Source: Bacillota bacterium
GTDB lineage: Bacteria > Bacillota > Sulfobacillia > Sulfobacillales > JAIMBI01
Direction: 5' to 3'
NCBI GenBank assembly: GCA_021820465.1
Contig: JAKADP010000006.1
Coordinates: 425-64,424, forward strand
DNA: 64,000 nt
The notes beneath the pieces were generated by a model, which saw nothing but the letters and a program-made list of their open reading frames with translations, made no database searches and was not told where the DNA came from. The translations under genes were made by a program, and so were the position numbers. This document shows positions 18,520 through 31,160 of this stretch, piece after piece; positions within the stretch are counted from its first letter, which is position 1; every line of letters starts with the position of its first letter.

Positions 18520-19926
18520 CTATCCGGCGGCGGTCTGCCGCGTGGCGCCCACCTCGAACTCGCTCTCGCGCGACACCTCTTCCAGCGACCGCCCGGCGGG
18601 CTCGGGCAGCGTCAAGGTCAGCAGGAATCCTACGGCCGCGAAGGCGAACGTGATGGTGAGCGTCCCCGCCAGCCCCAGGGATGCGGCCAGCAGAGGGAAC
18701 ACGAACACCCCGATGAACGCGCCGGCCTTGGCGATGCCGGCACTCAGTCCGTGACCCGTGGTTCGGAGGTTCACCGGATACAGCTCGGCCGACAGCACGA
18801 ACGTGGTCGTGTTGGGCCCGAACTCGGCAAAGAAGTACGACAGGCCGTACACCAGCAGGAACGGAATGAGGGTGCTGGTCAGCCCGGGCACGATCCCCAT
18901 CGCCAGAAACGCCATTCCCATGACCGCGAAGCCAATCAGCTGGAGTCGCCGGTGGCCGATCTTGTCCATCTTCGAAAAAGCCAGGAAGTACCCCGGCACG
19001 GCGGCCAGTGCGAAGACGAACAGGGTCCAGGCGGTGCTTTGCAGCAGCGTCGCGTGCGGCGCAACCATCTTGAGGATCAGGGGGGTCGAGATGCTGTTGC
19101 CGTAGTACGCGTAGTCAAAGACGAACCAAGTGCCGGCGGTGCCTAGGAGCGTCAGCAGATAGGGCCGCAGGCTGGCCCGCACCCGGCTCTCCGCCTGCGC
19201 CGAGGCCGCGACAGCCTGACCGGAGTACTGCCGGGTGGCTTCGGCCGCCCGAGCGGTTTCTCCACGGACCCGTGCCAGGAATCGGGGCGATTCCGGCATG
19301 CGGCGCCGCAGGAGAATGACACCTAGGGCGGGAATGGCCCCGAGGCCCAGCAGCAGGCGCCACGCCAACTCGGCCGGCACACCTGCCGCCAACAGCGCGA
19401 GCGCGACCACGGGGCCGGTGACCAGCCCTACGGCCTGCATGGAAAACACCATGCCGACCAGTCGCCCGCGGTCCTTCGTGTTGGCGTACTCGCTCATCAG
19501 GACGGCCGATACCGGGTAGTCGCCCCCGATGCCAATCCCCAGCACGAACCGAATCGCAATCAGCCACATGATGCTGGGCGCAAAGGCCGAGGCCGCCGCG
19601 GCAACGGCCATGAGGGCCGCCTCCACGCCATAGATGCGCTTGCGGCCCCACAGGTCGGCCAGCCGGCCAAAGAGGGTGGCTCCCAAAAATGCCGCCAAGA
19701 GAGCCGTAGACGACAAGAGTCCCAGCTGCCACGTGGCCGGGTGCCAGGTGGCCTTGATGAGGACTGCGGCGACTCCGATGACGAAAAGGTCATATGCGTC
19801 GGTGAAAAATCCCATGCCCGCCGTTAGCATGGCCTTCAGGTGAAACAGGCTCAAGGGCGCGTTATTTAGCGCCTCGGTGAGGCTGTTCGTCGAGCCGTTG
19901 ACTGGCGGGGTGCCTCGCGTCTCCAC
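18520..19926 (-). CDS. MFS transporter, Pho84-like (PHS / metabolite:H+ symporter type)
   Basis: 468 aa, 12 TM. N-terminal GFFTDAYDLFVIG signature, and RRRMPESPRF after TM6. Confidence 0.8.
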   Translation of the reverse strand: METRGTPPVNGSTNSLTEALNNAPLSLFHLKAMLTAGMGFFTDAYDLFVIGVAAVLIKATWHPATWQLGLLSSTALLAAFLGATLFGRLADLWGRKRIYGVEAALMAVAAAASAFAPSIMWLIAIRFVLGIGIGGDYPVSAVLMSEYANTKDRGRLVGMVFSMQAVGLVTGPVVALALLAAGVPAELAWRLLLGLGAIPALGVILLRRRMPESPRFLARVRGETARAAEATRQYSGQAVAASAQAESRVRASLRPYLLTLLGTAGTWFVFDYAYYGNSISTPLILKMVAPHATLLQSTAWTLFVFALAAVPGYFLAFSKMDKIGHRRLQLIGFAVMGMAFLAMGIVPGLTSTLIPFLLVYGLSYFFAEFGPNTTTFVLSAELYPVNLRTTGHGLSAGIAKAGAFIGVFVFPLLAASLGLAGTLTITFAFAAVGFLLTLTLPEPAGRSLEEVSRESEFEVGATRQTAAG

Positions 19927-20344
19927 AGGTGCCCTCCTTAATGTATGCGCCGTCTCGCCGTATGACGTCAGCGGTTAATGAGTCTGGACCCAGTGTCGGG
20001 CCTGCCCGTGAACGGCACGTGATGGTTTCATGAAGTGCACGTGAGCGTTTCGTTAAGCTTGTGTGAAGGCGCCCGGCACGTCGCCGGTGCGTGCCGCCCC
20101 GCCGCGCCCGCCCCGATTGCACCCGAGAGGGCGTCTGGGTCTGTCGCCGACCCGAAGCAGCGCGCGCCGAGCAGACACGTCTCGGCGACGTCGCTTTGCA
20201 CAGACCGCGCTGCAGACGGCCACGGGACGACGAGGCTCGCCGATGCCGTCCCGGTCCCCGGGTACACGGTCAAACGAGGCAGCACGCCGGCCGACGGCGT
20301 GCTGCGGGTGTAGGGACCACTATTCAGAGGCACGCTGACGCTTG

Positions 20345-21790
20345 CTACTCGGACGTAGCAGCCGATGAGCCGCCGGGCTCCGCCGGCTCCATGAGTTCCT
20401 CGTGAGAGGCGACGCGCAGAGTGAGGCCCTTAGGTTCATGCAGGACCAGCAGGGTGAGGAGGGCTCCCAAGGCCGAGATGACTGCCAAGATTCCCATGGT
20501 CCCAGGGAGCTTCAGATTCAGGAGCAGCAGCGGAAACAGGAATGCAGCGACGGCGGCGCCGAACTTGCCCGTGGACGCTGATATTCCAAAACCCATCCCG
20601 CGCACGGTGACAGGGAACACCTCGGACGGGTACACGAACGTGGTGCTGTTGGGGCCAAACTCGATGAAAAAGTAGCTGACCGCGTACACTAATAGGAAGT
20701 CTAGCGGCACGCCCTCGATTCCTGGCACCAGCCACAGGGCTCCGTAAGCCAACGCCATCACGATGAAGCCCATCACCTGAATGAATCGGCGCCCAAGCCT
20801 ATCTACCAAGAGCGCCGAAACCCAGTATCCCGGAGCAGCAGCCACGAGGAAAATCCAAAACGACGTCGTCGTGTGAGACAGCAACGTGCCGGCGGGCTGG
20901 AGCGCCGTCAGGACCAACCCGGACGACACACTGTTGCCGTAAAACGCCATGTCCAAAAACATCCAGGAAAACGCTGTGCCGATGAGGGTCAGCAGCAGGG
21001 TGCGGTTCTTGAACAGCATGGATGCCCGGGAGTCCAGCGGGGCCACGGTTCCGGTGGCCGCGACCGCCGTTCCCGTCAGCTCTTGAACAGTGCGGGCCGT
21101 GCCAGCCACGTCGCCCTTTACGCCCAAGCTGAAGTGAGGGGTCTCGGACACCTTGCGCCGGAGATAGATGACGATGGCGGCGGGAATCGCGCCTAATCCC
21201 AACATGATGCGCCACGCCAGCGTCGGGGCCACGCCCGTGTGCAGAAGGATTATGGCGACGAGCGGGCCAACCAGCAATCCAAATCCCTGCATGGCAAAGA
21301 CGGAGTTCACCAAGAATCCGCGGCGCTTGCGGTTGGAATACTCGCTCATAAAGACGCCGCTCATCGGATAGTCGCCCCCGACGCCTAGCCCCACGACAAA
21401 GCGCAGGGCAAACAGCATCCAGAAACTCACGGAGAAGGCCGAAGCCAGAGCGCCCAGCGCCAGCAGCGCGGCTTCGATGCCGTACACGGTCTTTCGCCCG
21501 AGACGGTCCATGAGGCGTCCGAAAACCAATGCGCCTAGGACGGCCGCAAACAAGGCCGAGCTGTTTAGCAACATTAAGTCCACGGTGGTCAGATGCCAAA
21601 TCGGTGTAAGAAGAGTGGTGACCACGCCAATAATGAACAGGTCATACGCGTCGGTGAAAAATCCCATGCCAGCGGTCAACCAGGTGCGAAAGTGGAAGCC
21701 CTGAAGTCCCGCCTCTTCCAAGGGCATGAGGATCCTGTCCCGCACGGTGCCTCGTGGTCCACCGCTCGCCATCCCTGACGCCTCCTTCAC
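20345..21790 (-). CDS. MFS transporter, Pho84-like, tandem paralog
   Basis: 481 aa. GFFTDAYDLFIIG, and collinear similarity to 18520..19926 along the whole length. Confidence 0.8.
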   Translation of the reverse strand: MKEASGMASGGPRGTVRDRILMPLEEAGLQGFHFRTWLTAGMGFFTDAYDLFIIGVVTTLLTPIWHLTTVDLMLLNSSALFAAVLGALVFGRLMDRLGRKTVYGIEAALLALGALASAFSVSFWMLFALRFVVGLGVGGDYPMSGVFMSEYSNRKRRGFLVNSVFAMQGFGLLVGPLVAIILLHTGVAPTLAWRIMLGLGAIPAAIVIYLRRKVSETPHFSLGVKGDVAGTARTVQELTGTAVAATGTVAPLDSRASMLFKNRTLLLTLIGTAFSWMFLDMAFYGNSVSSGLVLTALQPAGTLLSHTTTSFWIFLVAAAPGYWVSALLVDRLGRRFIQVMGFIVMALAYGALWLVPGIEGVPLDFLLVYAVSYFFIEFGPNSTTFVYPSEVFPVTVRGMGFGISASTGKFGAAVAAFLFPLLLLNLKLPGTMGILAVISALGALLTLLVLHEPKGLTLRVASHEELMEPAEPGGSSAATSE

Positions 21791-21980
21791 GTACCGAACG
21801 CGATTCGCTACCGTCCCGCATCGCTGCCGCGGAGATACGGCCTCATTATTGGCCGGGGGTGTTAGGCCTCAGTGATCCAGTCGTTAAGATTCCGTAAAGC
21901 ACCCGCGCGCTTGCCTGCTCGGAGGCTCCGGCCGCGGTGACGGGCCTGAGGCGCTTGTGGCCGGAGGGCGCTATAACGGG

Positions 21981-22012
21981 CGCCCCGATCCCGGGCGGCC
22001 GGGATCGGGGCG
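21981..22012 (-). terminator. perfect 14-bp stem hairpin downstream of the S9 peptidase gene
   Basis: CGCCCCGATCCCGG-gcgg-CCGGGATCGGGGCG, 24 nt after the stop at 22036. No clear U-tract. Confidence 0.5.
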
Positions 22013-22035
22013 CATGACGAGCGGCTTCCGCCCGG

Positions 22036-24162
22036 CTACTGGGGCCGGTGGCTCTCGATCCAATCGTGGAGGGCCTCGAGGCGCGCGAGGCGGAGCTTGG
22101 GCTTGCCGCTGCGCGACAACTCGTGGTTGGCCTGGGGCACGCGGAACAGCTCCACCTCGCCGCCGTGGCGCTTGATCACCGTGTAAAACTGCTCAGCCTG
22201 CTCCATGGGGCAGCGCAGGTCTTCTTCTGAGTGCACCAGCAGCAGGGGCGTGGTGACGTGGGCGGCGTACGCGAGCGGGGACATGCGCCAAAGCGTCTCG
22301 CGGTCCTCGGGCGTGTCAAACAGGGCCACCCCCAGCTGGTGCTCGACGAAGGTGGGGCCAATGTCCGACGCGCCATAGAAGGACACCCAGTTGGAAATGG
22401 ACCGCTGAGACACCGCCGCGAAGAAGCGGTTGGTGTGACCCACCAGCCAGTTGGTCATGAAGCCGCCGTAGCTGCCGCCGGTCACGGCCACCCGCTCTCC
22501 GTCGAGGCAGTCAAAGCGGGCCAGGGCCGCGTCCAAGCCATTTAAGACGTCGACGGCGTCGTTTTCGCCATAGTGGAGGCGGACCGCGTTGACAAACTCC
22601 TGGCCATAGCTGGTGCTGCCGCGCGGGTTGGTGTACACCACGGCATAGCCTTGGGCCGCGAGCCACTGCATCTCGTGAAACATCATGTAGCCATAGTTGG
22701 TTTGCGGCCCGCCGTGAATCTCCAGGATGACCGGGTACTTTCGGCCGGGCTCGGCGCCCACGGGTCGGATGACCCACCCCTGGGCACTCCAGTCATCGGC
22801 GGAGGTATAGGTGAACGCCTCCGGCTCCACCAGGTCCACCTCGGCGAGCCACTGGTTGTCGCAGTCGATCCGGATCTCCTCAGCGGGAAACGGCGCCACG
22901 GGGCTTTCGGGAATGGGCTCCGTGAGCGGTCGGGCCACTCGCGGCCGGCCCTCGGTCGGCGCATGGACGGCCACGACGCGCGAGGGGTCGGTGGGAGTCC
23001 CGTAAATCGCCACGAGGTGCTGGCCGTCTATGGTGTCAAAGGCAAACACATTGCGGTCGCCCCCCATCACCACCGTGATGGGCCCGGCCAGCTTGCCCTG
23101 GCCCACGGGAATGCGAACGACTTCGGAGCGCCCCTCCCGGCCGGAGATGGCGAGAATGGCGTGGCCATCGCGGGCCCAGACCGCCCCCGGGCCGTCTCCC
23201 TCCGCGTGGATGTCGGACCCGCAGGCGTTGGAGAGGGAGTCCGGGAACGACGCCGTGAGGTCCTCGACAGCGCTTCCGTCCCGGTTCACCAGAAACAGCT
23301 TCGCCTGGGTAGCCGACCGGTAGCGGTACATCTCCTCGCCCACCCCTACGATGGCCAAGTGGACGCCATCGGGGGACCACGCCACATCACGCGCCGAAAT
23401 TTTGTCCGTCAGCAGCCGGAGCTCGCCCCCGGCCGCCGGGAGCAGGTAGACGTGCTGGTGCTCCTGCTGCTCGATCTCCCGGTTGGGATGGCGGTTGGAC
23501 ACCAGGGCCACCTGCTGGCCGTCGGGCGAGATGGCCGGCGCGCTGACCCCCATGTCGCCGCGAGTCAGCTGGACCACGTCCCCGGTGGCGACATTCACGG
23601 CCACGAGCTGGGGGACACGGTGGGGCCGGAGCCCAATGCCATTCATCTTGTAGTGCAGGCGGTCGAAGCGCTTGGCCCCCTCCGCCCACTCCTTGTCCTC
23701 TTTGTCGAACTGCTTTTGGGCCTCTTTTTCGGACAGCTCGGCATCAAACAGCTCGACATCGCCCTCGTATGGGGTGGGGACGAGCCCGTACAGCGTTTGG
23801 CCGTCCGGAGACCACTCCAGTGAGGTAATGCCGCGCCGGAACCGGGTCAGCCGGGTGGCCTCGCCGCCGTCCAGGGGCAGGATCCACGCCTGCGACCCAT
23901 GGCTGCGGTTGGAGATAAACGCGACGCGGGCGCCGTCAGGAGACCACGCCACGCCCGTATTGCGCTTGCCGCCGGTGGTGAGCGGGCGCGCCGGCGCGCT
24001 GCCGTCCACGGGGGCGATCCACAGGTGCGTGCGGTACCCGTTTTCCTCGGTGTCAGCCACGGTGCGCTGGTAAATCACGCGCGTGCCGTCGGGCGACAGC
24101 ACGGGGCGGGCCGTGAGCTCGAAACGCTGAACATCCTCCATGGTGAGGTGTCGCTTGTCCAT
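22036..24162 (-). CDS. S9-family serine peptidase (acylaminoacyl/prolyl oligopeptidase type) with N-terminal beta-propeller
   Basis: 708 aa. WSPDG-repeat propeller, and a C-terminal alpha/beta hydrolase domain with the GGSYGGFM nucleophile elbow. Confidence 0.9.
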   Translation of the reverse strand: MDKRHLTMEDVQRFELTARPVLSPDGTRVIYQRTVADTEENGYRTHLWIAPVDGSAPARPLTTGGKRNTGVAWSPDGARVAFISNRSHGSQAWILPLDGGEATRLTRFRRGITSLEWSPDGQTLYGLVPTPYEGDVELFDAELSEKEAQKQFDKEDKEWAEGAKRFDRLHYKMNGIGLRPHRVPQLVAVNVATGDVVQLTRGDMGVSAPAISPDGQQVALVSNRHPNREIEQQEHQHVYLLPAAGGELRLLTDKISARDVAWSPDGVHLAIVGVGEEMYRYRSATQAKLFLVNRDGSAVEDLTASFPDSLSNACGSDIHAEGDGPGAVWARDGHAILAISGREGRSEVVRIPVGQGKLAGPITVVMGGDRNVFAFDTIDGQHLVAIYGTPTDPSRVVAVHAPTEGRPRVARPLTEPIPESPVAPFPAEEIRIDCDNQWLAEVDLVEPEAFTYTSADDWSAQGWVIRPVGAEPGRKYPVILEIHGGPQTNYGYMMFHEMQWLAAQGYAVVYTNPRGSTSYGQEFVNAVRLHYGENDAVDVLNGLDAALARFDCLDGERVAVTGGSYGGFMTNWLVGHTNRFFAAVSQRSISNWVSFYGASDIGPTFVEHQLGVALFDTPEDRETLWRMSPLAYAAHVTTPLLLVHSEEDLRCPMEQAEQFYTVIKRHGGEVELFRVPQANHELSRSGKPKLRLARLEALHDWIESHRPQ

Positions 24163-24279
24163 CAGGAACCCCCTCGAATGAATTGCTGCGGTATGTTTGG
24201 CGGCGGATCCATCATACAGAATCGTCCTGAATCCTCGAAGCGCCGGGAGAGGCTACCCGGGGGGACTCTGGCACCGTCG

Positions 24280-25515
24280 TCAGGTGGAGCCGCCGGCCAC
24301 GCGGGCGGGCGTTCGCTCTTCAGGCGGGCGTACGTCGCGGAAGAGCCAGTAGTACGCCACCAAGTTCATGCCCATGAACAGCGTGGCGCCAAAGATGGGG
24401 ATGTCCAAGACGGCGTCCATCATGGCGCCGGCCACCACCGGGCTCACCATCGCGGTGACCTGGGACGGAAGGGAACTGAAGGCCGAGACCCGGCTGCGAT
24501 AGCGGTCGTCGCTCACGCCCATCACAAACGACTGGCGCGCCGGCATGCCCAGCGAGTTGAAAATCATGCGCAGCATGTACGCGATTCCCGCCAGCACAAA
24601 GGTGGGGCAGATAGCCATGGACAGCAGCACCAACAGGCCAATGGCCCGCGTGTAGGTCACCGTCTTGACGGCGCCCCAGTGTGCGGTGAGATTGGACGAC
24701 CACAGATACGGCAGGGCCGACGCCAGGTTGACGACGGTGTACAAAACGCCCAGCTCAGCGGGCCCGACGCCGTAGCGGCGGTAAAACCAGTAGGTGAGCA
24801 GGGGGCCCAAAAACCCAAACCCCAGGCCGTTGAGCGCGTTGGTGAATCCCAGCCGGCCCAAAAGTTGCTTGAACGAGATGGGCGGGGCATCGGCCGCCGT
24901 GACCGGAGTTTGAGACGGCGGGTTTTCCCGCAGCGGGATGGTGACGGCCACCATGGCCAGGGACACCACCACCGACGCTGCGAACAGCAACTGGTAGCTA
25001 GCGGCCCACGTCCAGCCATGGCTGTGCAGAATTTCGGGCACCGTAGCCACCAGGGACCCCGCGGCGCCAGCCATGACCCCCACAAAAGAGATCGTTCCAA
25101 ACGCCCGAGTGCGGTTGCCGTCGCGCGCGGCGCCTGCCACCAGCGGCTGCTCGGCCGGGAACACCGGGCCCCAGGATCCTCCGCTGCCGGCCCCGCCGCC
25201 TTTCCCGACACCGCCCAGCCCGCTGGCCAGCACCACCGGCCAAAAGGCCACCGACCGCGTGAGCACCGCACCGCCAATCGCGGCTAGGGCCGCGAGCCCC
25301 ATGATGACGCGCCGGCGGCCATACTTGTCTCCAATGATGCCCACCGCGGCCACCAGCACCAGCGTCACGCCGCCGGCTACGCCGAGCACCAGCCCCAAGC
25401 GGGCGGCGTTGTAGCCGGACACGGCGAGATATAGGGGAAAGGCTACCGTGAGAAACGCGGTGGAAAAGCTGCGCAGGCCTCTGCCCCAATACAGCCACTT
25501 CAGGTTTTCGGTCAC
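24280..25515 (-). CDS. MFS transporter
   Basis: 411 aa, 12 TM. GDKYGRRR loop 2-3 motif. Confidence 0.8.
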   Translation of the reverse strand: MTENLKWLYWGRGLRSFSTAFLTVAFPLYLAVSGYNAARLGLVLGVAGGVTLVLVAAVGIIGDKYGRRRVIMGLAALAAIGGAVLTRSVAFWPVVLASGLGGVGKGGGAGSGGSWGPVFPAEQPLVAGAARDGNRTRAFGTISFVGVMAGAAGSLVATVPEILHSHGWTWAASYQLLFAASVVVSLAMVAVTIPLRENPPSQTPVTAADAPPISFKQLLGRLGFTNALNGLGFGFLGPLLTYWFYRRYGVGPAELGVLYTVVNLASALPYLWSSNLTAHWGAVKTVTYTRAIGLLVLLSMAICPTFVLAGIAYMLRMIFNSLGMPARQSFVMGVSDDRYRSRVSAFSSLPSQVTAMVSPVVAGAMMDAVLDIPIFGATLFMGMNLVAYYWLFRDVRPPEERTPARVAGGST

Positions 25516-25604
25516 ATCGCTCCACCTCGCCGATCGTTAACCGGGTCAACTAGTTCGTTTCATCATACCCCAATCGCGCAGGTTCAGCACCGGGGCCGTT
25601 CGGC

Positions 25605-26423
25605 CTAGCCGGGCAAGGATCGGGAGGGGCGCCGGCGATTGCCGTGCAGGAGGTCGTGCGGGTCCCAGTGAAAGTGGTAAACCTTGGCCACGTCTTCCTC
25701 CAGGCGCGAGAGCCGTGGAAGCTGGAGAATGGCCAGCCCCAGGGCGAGGCCGGCCAGCGGTCCGACCCAGTCGACCCACCACGCGGTCCAGAGGTGCCCC
25801 ACCAGTGCCGGGCCAAGACTGCGGGCAGGGTTGGTGCTGGTGCCGGACAGGGGAGCCTCGATCCACACCAGAAAGGCATACAAGGGGGCAAACAAGCCGG
25901 GCGTGAAGCGGCGGAGGCGTCGGTGGCCCAGAAACACAAACAGGCCCACCACCAAGCAGGTGGTGGCGCCCACTTCCCCCAACACCGCGGCCCAGGGGCC
26001 GGCTGGACCCGGCATCGTGGCGGCCAAATGGACGCTGGCTGCCCACGGCCCCCACAGCAGGAGCGTGGCGGCACCCAAAATCGCGCCCACCAGCTGGGCG
26101 GCCACGTATCCGACGGCCACACCCGGGGCCAGCGTGCCGCGGCGCCAAAATGCCAGCGACACCACCGGGTTGATGTGCGCGCCGCTGACCCGACCGACCG
26201 GGGACAGGGCAATGGAGCCGCCGGTGGCGCCGAAGAGGAACCCTGTCAGCGCCCGGCGCGCCGCGGCGCTGGGGAGGGCATGGATCAGGGGGCTGCCCTT
26301 GGCAAAGTCGACCACCACGAAGGAGCAGCCGACGGCCACCAGCAGCAGCGTGCCCACGCATTCGGACAGGTACAGGCGCCAGACGGGGTTCGGTGGCGCT
26401 GGCGGCGCACTCGGGTTTGTCAT
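25605..26423 (-). CDS. MIP-family channel (aquaporin/glycerol facilitator-like)
   Basis: HINPVVS and TNPARS half-motifs (NPV/NPA) within a six-helix protein. Confidence 0.85.
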   Translation of the reverse strand: MTNPSAPPAPPNPVWRLYLSECVGTLLLVAVGCSFVVVDFAKGSPLIHALPSAAARRALTGFLFGATGGSIALSPVGRVSGAHINPVVSLAFWRRGTLAPGVAVGYVAAQLVGAILGAATLLLWGPWAASVHLAATMPGPAGPWAAVLGEVGATTCLVVGLFVFLGHRRLRRFTPGLFAPLYAFLVWIEAPLSGTSTNPARSLGPALVGHLWTAWWVDWVGPLAGLALGLAILQLPRLSRLEEDVAKVYHFHWDPHDLLHGNRRRPSRSLPG

Positions 26424-26577
26424 GGGGCCGAGTGTAGCACGATTGAACCCGCCGCTTTGGACGTCGGGGATGGGCGCTCCACCGGGATGGAGCGAGCCGA
26501 GCCGCGGGCAGGCACGCGGAAAGCCGGCCCGCCCAACGGCGGACCGGCCGCGGCGCGGGGGCAGCCGCCCCCGCCGA

Positions 26578-28911
<2,334 letters not shown>

Positions 28912-29344
28912 CTACCTGAGACAAATTCTAAAACGGAGGAAGAGGGGGGTCAACCCTAGCGTCTGCGAGGGCTAGGCTCACGATCCATGGATTTGGCGGC
29001 CCCGTTCGTGGGCCGGCTCAAGGATCAAACCGTGCTTGCGACGACGAGGGTGTTAGAGATTCGCTCGCTCGCGCCTCGAGCCACGTCCTTGACAAGCGCG
29101 GGGGCGGCCATCACCATAAGGGACACGAATGGCCGGACCGACGATGGTCTGGCGAGGGGAGGTGGCAACTATGACGGCCGGGCGTTTTGGTGTGCGTCGG
29201 CAGCGTGGTGCCATTTCCCCGTGGAGTGATTGGCTGGCCTTCGCGTAGGCCTGCATGCGCTCTCGTGGCCTGGGCACGCTGCCCAGGCCCTTTTTGTTTG
29301 TGGCGAGAGGTGTGGCGGTGTGCCGCGAGAAGAAGGAGGCCACG

Positions 29345-30469
29345 TTGAGCACAGGGGAACAAGTGCCGCCAGCCGGTCTGGCGGCATGGGGCTGGGATGC
29401 GGGATGGCAGGCGGTGTGGGATGAAGTCCCGCGCTTGGGCGAGCCTGCCCGCGTGATCGAAGAGCAGCGGGGACTTTACCGGATAGTCACGGGCCAGGGC
29501 GCCTGCGAGGCCGAACTGTCCGGGCGCTTTCGCCATGAGGGCATGGCGGTCGAGGCGCTACCCGGGGTCGGTGACTACGTGGACGCCACGCCCGCCAGCC
29601 GGCATCGAATTCATGGCGTGCTGCCGCGCCGCTCGCAGTTCGTCCGCAAGGCAGCGGGGGAGGCAGCACGGCTCCAGGTCGCGGCAGCCAACATTGACTA
29701 CACGTTCATCGTGCAGGCGCTGGGCCAGGACGTCCACGACTTCAATGTGCGGCGGTTGGAGCGGTACCTCGCGCTGGCCTGGGATGGGGGCTCCTCGCCC
29801 GTTGTCGTGCTGAACAAAGCGGACCAGGCGCAGGACACGGCCGCCCGGATCGAGGAGGCCGAGGCGGTCGCGGTCGGGGTGCCGGTGTGGGCCGTGAGCG
29901 CCGCCACCGGCGCCGGGCTGGGCCAGCTGACACCGCTTTTGCAGCCCGGGAAGACGGTGGTGCTGCTGGGCTCGTCAGGGGTGGGCAAGTCCACCCTGGT
30001 CAATGCGCTGAGAGCCGGCGGCGATCCTCACGCCGCAAGCGGCGAGGAACCCCTGCAGGCGGTGGGAGCCGTCCGGCTTCAGGACGGCCGGGGCCGGCAC
30101 ACCACCACCTCCCGCCATCTCCTGCGCTTGGCGGGCGGAGCGCTGCTGATTGACACGCCCGGCATGCGTGAAGTGGGCCTCACCGGTTTGGACGGGGGAC
30201 TGGGGTCGGTTTTTGCGGAGATCGACGATCTCGCGGCCGGCTGTCGATTCGCGGACTGCCGCCACGACGGCGAGCCGGGGTGTGCGGTGCAGGACGCCGT
30301 GGTCGAGGGGACCTTGGATCCCGGCCGGCTGGACGCGTACCGACGGCTGGAGCGCGAGCAGGCATTTCAGGCCCGCAAGGAGGATCGCGCCCTGGCCTCC
30401 GCGGAGCGCCGGCTCTGGGCTCAGCGCACCCGCGACAGCCGCACTCGGCGGCGCGAGAAATTTCGGTAG
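29345..30469 (+). CDS. rsgA: ribosome small-subunit-dependent GTPase A
   Basis: Circularly permuted GTPase: NKADQ, then GSSGVGKSTLVNAL, DTPGMRE, and the zinc knuckle CRFADCRHDGEPGC. TTG start 29345 behind AGAAGGAGG. Confidence 0.9.
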   Translation: MSTGEQVPPAGLAAWGWDAGWQAVWDEVPRLGEPARVIEEQRGLYRIVTGQGACEAELSGRFRHEGMAVEALPGVGDYVDATPASRHRIHGVLPRRSQFVRKAAGEAARLQVAAANIDYTFIVQALGQDVHDFNVRRLERYLALAWDGGSSPVVVLNKADQAQDTAARIEEAEAVAVGVPVWAVSAATGAGLGQLTPLLQPGKTVVLLGSSGVGKSTLVNALRAGGDPHAASGEEPLQAVGAVRLQDGRGRHTTTSRHLLRLAGGALLIDTPGMREVGLTGLDGGLGSVFAEIDDLAAGCRFADCRHDGEPGCAVQDAVVEGTLDPGRLDAYRRLEREQAFQARKEDRALASAERRLWAQRTRDSRTRRREKFR

Positions 30470-30497
30470 CCATAGGCGGGCGGTCGGGCGATGGTCT

Positions 30498-30982
30498 TCA
30501 CGGATGCCGTTCCGCCGCAGCGCGCAGCGGCCCGATGAGATCGGTGCCGTGGGAGGTGGTGAGAGCCATCGCGTGCACGCAGGTGCCGTCGTCATCCGAC
30601 ATGAGGAAGGCACCCGGATGCGGTGGGCCGCGAGGCTCCCGGGTAGCTCATCGCCTTCGTCCCAAGGCCTGGCGGCGCTGAGCCGCGCCCGTGCTGCCGG
30701 TTGCGCGTAGGACCGGCGCGGCAGGCGGACGGGTGCCCCCCTGGCGCGGTGGCACACTTCGACTCGCAGATGGTCATGGGTGGTCAGTACCCCAGCCTGC
30801 ACGGGTCCGAACTCCGCCAGAATACTCTGGATGCCCGGCACCACCGGCGGGGGTCCGCCAACACCACACCAAGGGTGCCGCTAGGGCGTGCCCCACCATC
30901 CTGTCTGCCTTGCCGGACCTCTTCGATGAACGCAGCCACCGCAGCTTCTACAGGGTCAAGGGGGTACGATGGCGCCAGGCAC
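30498..30982 (-). pseudogene. decayed gene of unknown family (protein-like pieces in three frames)
   Basis: Minus-strand pieces in three frames: VPGAIVPLDPVEAAVAAFIEEVRQ...GTLGVVLADP, then VVPGIQSILAEFGPVQAGVLTTHDHLRVEV, then FLMSDDDGTCVHAMALTTSHGTDLIGPLRAAAERHP-stop. No single intact ORF covers this 690-bp gap. Confidence 0.3.
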
Positions 30983-31160
30983 GTGTCAACCGGTGGACCC
31001 TCGGGGTCTCAGGTGACACACTGGAGGGACTTGGCGCCAGAGGGGGATCCCGTGGCGACGGGGCCCGCCAATCGGATGACGGCGCGGCGCCACCGCGCCC
31101 ACTCGCGGGGTCGAGGGCCCGCTGATTAGACCAAGCGCTGAACAAACACGCGAGAATGGG

